This document shows positions 1 to 11,900 of a DNA stretch of 64,000 nt, piece after piece. The DNA is from Dipteris shenzhenensis (Eukaryota): the NCBI GenBank assembly GCA_047967505.1, contig CM106538.1, one strand, 5' to 3'. Each line of letters begins with the position of its first letter. Position 1 is the stretch's first letter. The position numbers and the translations under genes are program-made. Below the pieces are notes generated by a model. It had not been told where the DNA came from, searched no databases, and was given only the letters and a program-made list of their open reading frames with translations.

Positions 1-615
1 TGACAGTTGGTTGGCGCTAACGAACCTACGTTCCGTGGGCTGGGAGATTTAACGACAGAATATAGTTGACAGCACGCCGCCATCTGTTTCGCCGTAGCTT
101 TGGCCCTCCAAGCTCACGTAAACAGATCGTAGTTGGGACTTCTTTGGCCACTAGTTCCGCTTATATGCTGTAGCTAGTTGATTGCAAATTGCTCGGGCTG
201 CAAGCTGTGGGATTCGAAGTTCAGGGAGCACTCTATCTATTTTCCCTTTTGGTTTTCGTTATTCCTGTTTTGTCGGAAGCAATTAGATTTTCTTGGTCAT
301 CAGAGGTCGCAGTTGATGATGCTATGGCAAGAATAAATTATGCTTGAACAGATTATGCCTGTGTGTTTCAGTCGGAGTCAGATTGCAGGAATTTCCTTAG
401 TATAGGGAAAAGCGCCCTCTGTGAGATATGCCTGTATTAAATGCTTGATTAGTGTGAATGTGGGATTGCAGGAATTCCCTAGTATAGGGAATTGTGTTCA
501 GAGTGTTAGTACCCTGAATTGTGTCAGCTTGTGATTACAGTGTTCTAGGGGTGTTTTAAAAATTATTTAAAAAAAAAAAAAAAAAAGCCCCAAAACAAAA
601 CACCTACTGAACTAA

Positions 616-3600
616 ATGGAAGCAGAAGAAGGAGCTTCCAGGAGGGACCCTGGTGAATCAGGAGTCCGGCCGACCCAGCAGGGATCGCGCCCAGTAGCTC
701 ACACTTTATCTGGCAGGATTGCATTGCTGGAGGATGCCTTGCAACAGTTGTTAGCGCAGCAATTACAAGCCAATGCAGGGCAATCTGAACTTAGGAGAGC
801 GTTACAGAGTATGTCTGCCAGACCTTCTCGAGAAGAGAAGGGAAAGGCTCCAATGGAACTGGAGTCTAGTGTCCATACGGTCGAGCCTAGGAAGGCTAAA
901 GTGCCGAATATTGCGAATTACAGACCGGAAAAGTATTCTGGTCGGATGAACGACCGTAGCTCCGATGTCATTGAGACCTGGTTACACAAATGGGACGAGG
1001 CGTTCGCCATTTGTGAGATCAGAAATGACATCAAAAAGATCCGCGAGGCCACCCATATGTTTAGTGAGGCGGCGGATCGGTGGTGGATTAAACAACAAAA
1101 AGATGGCATAGCATCCACTACCTGGGAGGGGTTTAAAAGAGAGTTCAGGAAACACTTCTTACCTCCTGACGAGGGATCCCGAGCTTGGGATCAATATAGG
1201 AACCTTCGTCAGAGAAATTTATCAGTGGCAGAATACACTGATAAGTTTCGAGAGAGTGTAATGAAGGTTGACGAACCCCTGCCTCAATCAATCCAAGTGA
1301 AAGATTTCATATTTGGATTGAATGATCGAATAAAAATGGAAGTTCGGGCTAAGTACGCGAACACGCTAGATGATGCAATAGCTATAGCTCTGAACTACGA
1401 GGATGCCAAGGGCAGCAAGCCAAGTGGGTTTGCACAGGTCGGAACCCAGTATGGGTATCCGAAGAAGTCTGGGTTTAAGAAGAAGTGGGCTAGTAGAGGG
1501 AGTGGTTCGCAGCCGAGTGGTCAAGCCAAGCAGGCGAGACCGGCTGAAACTCCTAAACCGAGTACCACCATTGGAGTGAAAAGGAAAGTAACTCCAATGG
1601 CAGCCCGGGCTTGGTCTAAGTCTCCCTTGAACCCGGAACAAAGGGAAAAAGCGAGGAGAGAAGGCTTATGCTTTGGTTGCCTTCAACCTCATCAGTGGAG
1701 AGATTGTCCACGTAATAAAGATCGTCGGATGGCTGAGATGGTGATCTCAGAGTGCGACGTGGAGATGCAGGGAAGTCCCAGAGCGGAAGAGATGCAGATT
1801 CAGCTAGCGGGATCTTCTCAAAGGTTAGTACCTTGTTTGTTCTGTGTGTCTGTTACTAAGTTAGTGACGAGTGCACCTGATAACATCCTATCTAAGCCCG
1901 CAGCAACGGGGTATACAGTCTTCAATGATACGGAGTTAATCAAAATGAAAGGGCAAGTGGCCAGTCATGATGTCATTGTGTTGTTTGACTCAGCGTCAAC
2001 TCACAATGTGATTAACTCCAAGCTCGTGAAGAGGCTGAAATTAAAGACAAGTCCATCTGACTATGCGTATACAGTCAGGATGGCCGATGGAAGTTCAACT
2101 GAAGTATGGGACCAAAGGGTTACCCAGTTAGAGCTTCGGATTCAGGACTATGCTGAGAAGTTTGATTTTGAAATAACCAAGCTTGCTCATGCGGATATAG
2201 CCCTGGGAATGGCATGGCATTCTAGGAAGAATCCAGCCATTGATTGGAAAAAGCACGTATATCAATTCAAGATGAATGATGTGCTTTATGTCTTGCGAGG
2301 TGAAAGAGATATACCTCAGGGACCGTTGGTTTCCGTGATGGAAATCAGAAAGGCTCAAGTAGAGTTTTTATACCTTTGCACAGCATCGGTAGAGTCGGTG
2401 GATGAGTCTTCGGCTAGCACTGATGTTATGCAAAGTGATGAGATGGCCAAGCTGGCTAACCTTATAACAGAGGAGTTCTCTGAATGTTTTAGGGATGAAC
2501 TACCTTATGGGTTACATCCAGAGCGGAAAGTTTAGCATAAGATTGAGCTGATCCCGGGGGCAGAACCTGTAAATAGACCTCCCTATAGAATGAGCTTTAC
2601 TGAAGAAGCGGAGGTGCGTAGGCAACTGGAAGAATACCTCAAGTTGGGGCAGATTCAACCGAGTTTCTCACCTTTTGCTTCGCCAGTGATATTAAAGAGA
2701 AAAAAGGATGATACGTTTCGCCTCTGTATAGATTACAGAGCATTAAATAATATCACTGTTAAGCACAGGTATCCGATGGCTCGGATTGATGATTTGCTAG
2801 ATGCATTACATGGAGCCGTGATTTTCAGCAAGATAGATCTTAAGTGCGGCTATCATCAGATCCGGATTAGAGCCGAGGATGTGCATAAAACCGCTTTTAG
2901 AAGCAGGTTTGGTCATTATGAGTTTTTGGTAATGCCCTTCGGACTTACCAATGCTCCAGCGACCTTCGTCATGCTTATGAGCGATTTACTACGTCCGTAT
3001 ATCGGAAAGTTCGTAGTACATTTTATTGACGATATCTTGATATTCAGTAAAAGTGTTACTGAGCATTGTGAACACTTAAGGATAGTGTTCAGTACTTTGA
3101 GGAAAGCCAGTCTTTACCTGAATAAAAAGAAAACTATACTGTGTATGGTTAGGCTTGAGTACTTAGGGTTCATAATTACTCCACAGGGGGTAGAAATGGA
3201 TCCGAAGAAAGTGGCTGCGATACTAACTTGGCCAATCCCTCAGAGTCTGACCGCGTTGCGATCATTCTTGGGATTTGTCCAGTTTTATAGAAGGCATATC
3301 AAAGGATATTCCGGAATAGTATCGCCATTGACTGATCTGACCTCAGATAAAGTACCTTTTATATGGGGACAGAATCAACAAGAAAGTTTTAACACCATAA
3401 AACAAGCTGTGGTCACAGGACCGGTGTTAAAAATAGTTGATCCCCAGAAACCGTTGTTCCTAGAAACCGATGCAAGTGGCATTGCGGTAGGAGCAGTCCT
3501 CCTTCAAGAGGGAAGGCCAGTAGCCTTTGAAAGCAAGAAGCTTTCTCCCTCTCAAAGGAATTGGCCAACTCATGAATTAGAGTTGTATGCTGTTATCCAT

Positions 3601-5330
3601 GCTTTGAAAACATGGAGGCATTATCTGTATGGTTCAGAGTTTTATGTGGATGTGGATCATGATACTCTGAAACATTTCTATAAACAGCCTGACTTGAGGG
3701 GCCGCCAAGCTAGGTGGGCAGAGCTCATGCAGGAGTTTAATTTAACGATTTGGTACCGAAGAGGAAAAGATAATAAGGTTGCTGATGCGTTGTCTCGCAT
3801 TATGCACAACCTGAGTTTCACGGTATTAGAGAGTGCTCTAATGACCGAGATCAGAGAAACTCAGAAGGTGGACGAGTTTGTCCAGAGCTTATGGCCTAAG
3901 GCTCATGTGTTAAAACCCGGGGAAAATGAAAAGGATGACCTGGCATCCAGAAAAGGCCAAACGTATGCAAGATATACCATAAGGGATGGTATGCTAGTTA
4001 GAAATGGCAAGGTTGTAGTACCTGGTCAGAATGATCTCAGGCAGAGAGTCATTCGACAATGCCATGATAGCCCGTGTGCGGGACATCCAGGAGTCGAGAA
4101 GACATATGATCTCGTGAAGCGAGATTTCTTTTGGCCAAAGATGAAAAAGCATATTCATGAATATGTGACACGGTGTTTCTCGTGTCAGGTAAGTAAGGCC
4201 GAGCGGGTGAAGCCACCCGGACTTTTACAGCCCTTGGAAATACCACTAAGTAAGTGGGAGAGCATTTCCATGGACTTTATTGTAGGGCTACCTGCAACAC
4301 AAGGAGGGTATAATTCTATCCTTGTGGTGGTTGATCGTCTAACCAAGATGGCTCACTTCATTCCGACTAGAGAGTCTGTTAGTGCCCCGCAAGTAGCGGA
4401 TTTGTTTATTAGACATATATTTCGTCTGCATGGATTGCCTAGATCCATAGTGTCAGACAGAGATGTTAGGTTTACAGGTCACTTTTGGACAGCGGTATTT
4501 GAGACACTAAGGACTGAGTTGGGAATGAGTAGTGGGGATCATCCTGAGACGGATGGTCAGACGGAGAGAGTCAACCAGACTTTAGAGGATATGCTGAGGG
4601 CATATGTGTCATCGAGGCAACATACATGGGACAAGTGGTTGCCATTGTTGGAGTTTGCCTACAATGATAGGAAACATTCATCTACGGGGTTCAGTCCGTT
4701 TGAACTGAACTATGGTTATAGACTAGCTAATCCAACTATAGTTGGAGTACCTCAGAAAGTGCCTAGTGCCGCGAACTTTGTAGTTCAGATGCGGGAGATG
4801 CTAGCAATTGCGAGAGCTAACATCCGCCAGGCTATGGATAGAGCCAAGGTGTATGCGGATGAAAATCGGTCTATAAGAGTATTTGAAGAAGGAGAAAAAG
4901 TTTTTCTCAGAATTCCTTCGCACTCGAAGTCATTGACTTCAGGGGAGTGTGCTAAGTTATCACCTCGATACTGTGGGCCGTGGTTAATTCTAAAGAGAAT
5001 AGGCAGTGTAGCCTATAAATTAGAATTGCCACAGGGGTGTAAGGTGCACCCGGTTTTTCATGTTTCACGCTTAAAGAAATTTTTACATACAGGTGACTCA
5101 CTAATCGAAGGTGTGGTTTTGTTTCAGGAGATAGAGGATATTGCAAGGCGCAAACCAAGCGCAAACCAACAAGAATCCTGGACCGAGGAACAATGCAAAT
5201 ACGAAATCGGAAGATACCCACGGTGTTGGTTGCATGGCATGGTCAGCCTCTATCCGAAGCTACCTGGGAATCCGTATATCAGTTGCGGAGAGTGTTCCCA
5301 GACTTTATCATCGAGGACGCTGATGTCTGA
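616..5330 (+). pseudogene. gag-pol: Disrupted gag-pol polyprotein of chromovirus copy 1
   Basis: Colinear with the 1567-aa ORF of copy 2. CAG>TAG stop at 2533-2535 (copy 2 reads GTT CAG CAT). An 11-bp tandem duplication GCGCAAACCAA (5148-5158 / 5159-5169) frameshifts the chromodomain. The original stop TGA is at 5328-5330. Confidence 0.93.
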
Positions 5331-5342
5331 AGAGGGAAGGAA

Positions 5343-5802
5343 TGTTACGCTCTAGCCGAGGTAGCATGACCTCGGAAGAATCAGTCGACATTTCCCTTAT
5401 AGGATCTATCTTTGTAATATATGTGTTTGCGCTTTATGTAAATGATCGGGAGGGATTAATGTCAAGGTCCTAGGTGAGGGTTGATAGCACCAGACTAGAT
5501 AGATCTGAGACCAAGGGCCTAGTGCAAAGATTGTGCCTAAGGGGCAAGGAATTAAATGCATCCCAAGAGAGGGGTGAAATGTTGCATTAGGAAGGCCCTA
5601 TATGGATGACATGTGGCATCTAGATCTATCTAGGGATTTGGGGTCTGTCAAGGCTAGTGAGAGAAGATAAGGATTTAGTTTTACGTGATTTCGTACACAA
5701 CTCTATCTCTCTTGCTTGGGAGTCTTGGCAGAATTGGCTGGGAGGAAAAGAAAGGTGCTACTCCCGTGATATCTGCAGTGAGAAAATCAGAGATAGGTGA
5801 CA
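5343..5802 (+). repeat. 3' LTR of chromovirus copy 1 (~460 bp)
   Basis: Starts TGTTAC right after the PPT. The first ~313 bp match the copy-2 LTR. The end is placed at ...AGGTGACA by analogy to ...AGGTTACA in copy 2. Confidence 0.85.
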
Positions 5803-5869
5803 GATAGCTGACAGAAGCAGCTCAAAGAAAAAAAAGAAATACGGGAGTAAGACAAGAACAAAGTAGAGG

Positions 5870-6760
5870 AATGTTGGATTTAGAAAAATTGCTCTTATTG
5901 ATGCGCCAAGAGCGCAAGCATGAGGAGGCAATTAGACGCGACCAGATGGTCCAAGCCTAGAAGCAACACAGACTCAACCGAGAAACCATGTTGCTCTAGT
6001 AACTACAGATTTTGGCCACTATGTAGGCTAGCATGAGCACAATAGTTCTTGCCACACAAGCCTTGACATCAACCAAGGTCACTCCACTCACTCGGTCCAT
6101 GCCGAACTTCATGAAATATATCGGTAAGTGTGACCACCCAGCTAATTTACAGTTTATTCATGAGTTTGTTGCTCACTTTTCGTTAGCATGCATTCAGGAT
6201 GAACGAGACAAAGTTTAGAGTGAGCCCATTACAAAAGTTCGTGGCTATGCCATTTGGTCTCAAGAATGCACCGCGAACTTTTAACAAAGTTATGTCTTGG
6301 GTGTTTGCTGAGTACATAGGAGTGTGTCTATTCATCTTTTTGGATGATGTTTTAAATTTTTTAAGTACAGCGGAGCAACACTTAAGAGATGTGTGGAAGG
6401 CCCTTCAGCTTTTGCGCGATTGGCTCTATCTCAATGCTAAAAAGAGCGAGTTTGGGCTGATGGAAATACAATATCTGGGCTTATTATCAGTGTAGATGGC
6501 ACCCGCTTGGACCTTGAAAAGATTCAGGCCATCACAAGCTGGGCAGTCTGCACGATGGCTCAGGAGATCCGGTCCTTTGTTGGGCTTTGCTAGGCTTACA
6601 GCTTTCACATGCTTGGATTCTCCACCATTGCAGTATCCTTAACAAATTCACTAAAAGGGGGTTAAGACACACCGATAAAAGATTTTAGTCACCTTACAGA
6701 GGTTGGCCACCACAACTCCAGTTATAAAGATAGTGTGGGGTGGTGATTTAAGCACACGTA
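5870..6760 (+). mobile_element. Old, internally deleted Ty3/gypsy relic (gag-like plus RT fragment)
   Basis: FVAMPFGLKNAPRTF...FIFLDDVL...LYLNAKKSEFG..EIQYLG are Ty3 RT motifs (6199-6495). Stops and frameshifts are present; boundaries approximate. Confidence 0.75.
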
Positions 6761-8200
6761 ATCTATGCTTGTAGAAAAGCCACCCATCTTGCATTGAGCA
6801 ATGACCAGGTGTGAGAGTCCTGGCTAACTGGTACTACGTGCCGAACTCCAATGAATCTGCATATTGCGCCTTCATACAATCAAGGTCTTTCCCTTGGATC
6901 TCGAGCACAGTGGCCCCTTGAAAATGGTGTGGCCTTATTAAGCTCTTGGTGCACTAGTGCATCCCCACTCACCCCACTCATCATTTTGTTGGAGAGTAGA
7001 CCTCTACATCGAGCTGTAAAGCATACCATCCCTCTGAGCCAAGTTACCATCGTCCATGTGGATACTCAATGTGTGCGCCATAGTCACGAAATACTATTGA
7101 GTGTGCATCTCGAGATCTCTTAGACTATTGGATAGTGCCACCGGGCTAACTCTTGAACGTCTATTCTGCATCAATAATGTGTGCCATCTCATCCCATCTG
7201 CACATCCACATGCTAATGGGGAGGCCTCCATGGGCCAAAATACATATATCTCTCTTGGATGGTGGTTGGATTATAGAGTCACCTACCAATGTGGGTGGTG
7301 GTGGTGTGGCAGGACATTGGCTCAGGTTTGCTCAGGCAAGGACCACGCTCTTCGTCCCACTACGTAGAGTGCCCTTCCCATAGCTAGAGTTGCCATAGAG
7401 CATGGTCCAGGCACCTAGGTTGATAACTCATCACTTGTCTTGTTGTCCAACCACTTTGACCATCTATCATGCTACCATATTAAGAGAGTGCTCAAAATTG
7501 TAATGTCTCGGTATAGGACACGAGGCCCTAGCCGAAGTACTGAAGTTGCCTTTATAGTGCAAAACAAAGGGAGGTCTTTAATTATGTTTGATAAATTATT
7601 TGACTCTAAAAGCACCTCACTCTAAGAGAATTGTCCCTATCAATGCAGCGATGGATCCTTATTTGCATGGCTTAGTCCCTCTTATCAGGTGTTAGGGATG
7701 GGTGTGTCAATGTTCACTATTCATTGTCTAGCTCTCCTTAAGTGCGCTATATTAGCAAATCACTAGCAACTGTGCTATTTTGTTCCCAAGGACCTGGCTG
7801 GGCCATTGTTGCGCTATGTCCAACCATCGTACTTATAGGCCGTCCCCAAGATGGCTCCCTCTGATGTAGATCTAGGAGGCTACATGATTGAGAGCAAGTT
7901 TGAGGAAAAACAATTGAATATTAATTGATGTCAAATCAAGTACATGAGCCCTATTTTATAGGCCGAGGAGCGTTGTCTTTACACAGACTTACTTCATAGA
8001 TGATGTCAGTGAGGTGACATCACACATAATGAAATCTAATCTTGACCCTGTCTAGAGGCCAAGGGTAACCCAACAAGCTCATCTACAAGGAGGGGATGGG
8101 AGGGATGAAGAGACGTGGAAAAAGGCATTGCAACGAGAAGGAAGGTAACGGAGCAGGGAGACGTGAGAGGAGTGGAGGGAAGGAAGAGGGTGAGGTGCAT
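6760..8200 (-). mobile_element. Possible highly degenerate LTR-retrotransposon relic
   Basis: Minus-strand fragment resembling the post-RNase H linker (TVLEIQGKDLDCMKAQYADSLEFG). LTR-like segment from ~7862 with CTATTTTATAGG (reverse TATA). Weak. Confidence 0.3.
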
Positions 8201-8853
8201 GGTGTGGTGGGTATCAGTGCAAGGAGGAGAGTCTACTATCTAGGAGCTGAGCTGCTAGATGTTGTGAACTATTATTGCTCATGAATGTCAATGAGAAATT
8301 GAGGACCCAGAAAATAAGCTTTGCTAGACTCTATCATGTCAGCTTCTTTTTCTGGCTACTGCTATGATCATCAACTCTTGAGTGCGTGGAATTTTCAGGA
8401 ATATGTGACCTTAGTTGTGTATGATGCTTTCATTCTATGCTATGCATTGCTAAGTCTGCTGCTTGAAGTATCTTTGAGAGGAATTTTACAAATGAATAGT
8501 TTATATTTGTGCTTAAAGTTAACTTAGAAAGAAATTTTCTTTGGTAATTTAAATATTACTGAATTGAAGACTTTCCAATGTTGGTATGTTGGATAGCACC
8601 TTGGACTTCACAAATTTACTTGATACGGTAGTCTTCTTATACAATTTGTGGAAAAATTGAAGACAAGCAATACCTACTTTTTAGTCATTCAAGCAGAAGA
8701 TCTAGGTCTGCATCTACTCAGGTCCAGCTTCTATACATGGAGGATATGTGATTTGTACTTACCAGAATTTATACTCATGCTTATGGCTTGCAGATTGCTA
8801 TAGTTCTCTTATATTAACATGTTTCACTGTGCTTGTCCAATTGACTGATGTAG

Positions 8854-8942
8854 TATACTGCCAATGTAAAGGCTGCAGACAGTCAAGCGTCAGGTGAAGA
8901 TGGTAACCACGGAGATTTTTTTGATTTTATTGGAGAAGACAG
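8854..8942 (+). CDS. Host gene exon ([29 protein letters not shown])
   Basis: tag| acceptor and AG|gttc donor; open frame; phase joins the next exon as Arg (AG+G). Weakly conserved sequence. Confidence 0.65.
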
Positions 8943-11900
8943 GTTCAAATTCCCTCTTAAGCCACATTATTTTGTAGATTCCTTTAGAAAAGTATCTGAA
9001 CGATGGCCAATATTTTGATGTTGCTTTTGAGTCTTCCAACTTCCAGTATCCTTGCTATGGTTTCTATTGATTTCATCAAAACCTGTTTTGAGGGATAAAC
9101 AGGGATCAGTGGAGTGATGCCAATGAAGAGGATGGGTCACTTTCCTTCCCATCTTATTTCATTGATGAAGATGTATGGCTCCATCCGTGCTATTCTAACT
9201 TCTGCTCCATATGATGGTTTTTGTTACCTCGCTTCTTTAAGGAAAACTTTATTTTCCCTTAAATTTTAATGCATTTCCAGTTCCTTTCAGAACAAAAATA
9301 ATTGGTCTTTTTCCTTTTTGGCTTTGTAGGCAGTTGTTTGCCTTGATGGAGATGGTTGCCGAGTCCGAGTAGGTCTTGCAGCAGAAGATGGGGAATCTGG
9401 TTTTGAGGATACATCAGTGGCATGCGACTCCTGTGATTGCTGGTGCAACATCTTTTATTGATTCTCATTGATATGCAATTCTTATATTGCTTTTGTTGAG
9501 CGTTAAGGATCAATGTGACGATGTTGCAAAATTCCTTTGTTGAGCGTTAAGGCGTTAAGGATCAATGTAGTGATGTTGCAGAATTCAAAGAAGGTCATGT
9601 TATGGAGCAAGTTGAGCAGGAAAAAGTTACCGGAAAAGTTTTGTAAAGCTTATTTTCTGTGCTCTGGACATACAGGTATCATGCAACGTGTGTTGGATAC
9701 AAAGCTGAATCTCAAAGTGGAGGATCCTGGCTTTGCCCAAGGTTTATTTGCACTGTGGACATTTGTTTTTTGTCTTTCAATGCTTTTCCAGTCTGCTATG
9801 GGTGTTAGTCGGTTGCATTCAGCGTGAAAATATTCAGCATTGAAGGGCATTTAGAGAAGGCACTATAAATGAATTCAGTTCAATCAGCTTTGATGCCTCA
9901 AAGCTTGTTGGAAAAAAAGAATACGAGAAAAGTATCCTGATTGAAGTAGTTAACTATGTAAGTATGGGCAAAAGAGTGGCAGTGCAAAATGGGGCTTTGT
10001 TGATTTGCAACCCTTCAAAGAATTTTATTAACTAACCAGGCTGCTATCCCATCTTGATAAAATCTTCATGGTAGGTAGGACAGGATTGATATGTATGCTA
10101 GTGATCCTGCATTACAAGGGCTAAGCAAAACAATCTCCAGCAGAAAGGGATCAGGGTGGTTACCTGGTTGGATATGATGATCTGAGTTCCTTGAATCATT
10201 CAGAGGTCAAATTGCAGAGGGGGGAACATACAATAAAAGGTGGCCTCATTCTCATTCGTCTATCAAATTTCTGTTTTCCATAAAAATTAATATAGCCCTA
10301 GCAAGGACACGATCTGTGACGTATTCCTTTCTCTATACCTTAGACTTATGGATGGTTTGATGAATGGACACTTGTGGAAGGGTATGCCCTTTCGACGGGA
10401 CACTTCCTATGAGGCACAACCCTTCACAAGAGACACATTCTATTGAAGAGACACTACCATTGTAATGTACCCTCTCGTTAGGGTCACACCCTTCACAAGG
10501 GGTACAGACCTCTTCATGCACATACACTTTGGAGTACACACGTTTTCATGTGTGACTCTTCACTCTCTATATAAGAGAGACCCAACTGTATGGACGATAC
10601 ACTACAGACACTCAAGCAATACACAAATATTCCATTACAGTCTCTTTTCTGTGCCTTAGCACATTTCTAAATATAGTAAATCTAGGATTTCTTACAGTGG
10701 TATCAGAGCTAATTTTGCTACTGCTTGTAGGAAATGCCCCCCACCTTCTAGCACCTTTCTGATTATCTACTTCCACTAGAAGGATATCCATGCACTTTGT
10801 GCATGGAAGAGATGGAGAGAATGAGCGTAAAAAATTTTAGTGCCAACCCCACCTAAGTCATCAGTGGCCTCTCTATCTTCCTCACATCATGAGTTGATGT
10901 GAATGGACACGACAAAAATTGTGTCTTTTGCTTAGTTTCGTAGTGGAGACTCATCACTCTATTGGGCACTCTGTATAAGAGCAATCAGCCTACGCTTGCA
11001 GCCCACTCAATGGCAGCGCAAAGGCATCATGACATTAGGCTGCAACATATCAACCATATTGGCCAATATACATCCACATATCCCCTCAATCATAGCATCA
11101 AGAAGCTCCAACTTTGGGCATCCACCACAGGATCAGTCTCAACTAGAGTGCAGGCAATGAGTAAATTTCCTATTTATGGCATCAAATATTCCTCAATAGA
11201 GCATAACCACACCTTCGGTAACAAGGCATCCACTTGTCACAATTTAGATAAACTGATTTTCTGTTTGTACCTACAGTTCCTACTCCTAGGCACAATCTAT
11301 GCCAATCCTTGCAAACGAAACTAAAAATGGAGGAAAGAAAAGGAAATGGAAGGTGTCACCCAGGGGGGCTGAGACTCCTGCTGCACCTGTTTGGGAGGGT
11401 GCTGGGTCCTGGCCTGCTGATTCTTCTTGCTTTGTGGGGGTGGGGGGGGAGGAGCCCAGCCTTGGCCGCGGGGGCAATCTCTGGCTAGATCCATCTCCTG
11501 CAACGAAGACACTGGCTTGGTAACCGAGAAATCTCCACTCGCTGGCGAAGTGTACCCTCCTCAAGGGTCTCAAGGAGGATCAACTTTGGGAGGGACTCCG
11601 GGCTCTCAATCACCAGTTTGATCCTGGGGACCCCATCATCTGCTGCTACCACTGATGTGGCCGAATCTGGCGGGGACTCTAGCACAGTGCCAAACGCTTG
11701 ACCAATGGAGGGGAGGATGGCTCTATATTCCTTAGGGAGTCTCGGGAAGTAGAGCGTAATCAGAAAACGAGGAACATGGTGTGTCATGTCCATGTCCTCC
11801 ACTGTAAAGCCATGGTACCAAGGGACGAGGTACACCAAATGCGGGCCAAGGAGTGTGGGACTCTGCTCCACAAGTGCAAAGATGGTAGCGGGGGAGCTCA

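Larger units (their letters stand above)
1..5802 (+). mobile_element. Ty3/gypsy chromovirus copy 1 (5' LTR and PBS outside the window): leader, gag-pol, PPT, 3' LTR
   Basis: Gag, protease, RT, RNase H, integrase and chromodomain occur in Ty3 order. PPT AGAGGGAAGGAA at 5331-5342 is followed by TGTTACGC at 5343. Nearly identical to the intact element at 24387-31124. Confidence 0.95.

Noticed and set aside
1-20. TGACA at the window start as the end of the 5' LTR
   Set aside because: It is not followed by TGGTATCAGAGC, and copy 2's leader is ~1070 bp, so the LTR should lie further upstream.
2533-2541. TAG between protease and RT as programmed readthrough or separate gag and pol ORFs
   Set aside because: Copy 2 has CAG at this position in one continuous ORF, and the context CATAAG is not the CARYYA readthrough motif. 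It is a simple C>T nonsense mutation.
918-5221. Antisense ORFs conserved between the two retroelement copies
   Set aside because: Their conservation follows from near-identical DNA; no independent evidence of coding.
5159-5355. Novel integrase C-terminus (SANQQESW...) in ORF 2590-5355, and ORF 24842-25045
   Set aside because: Alternative frame of the chromodomain, reached through the 11-bp duplication.
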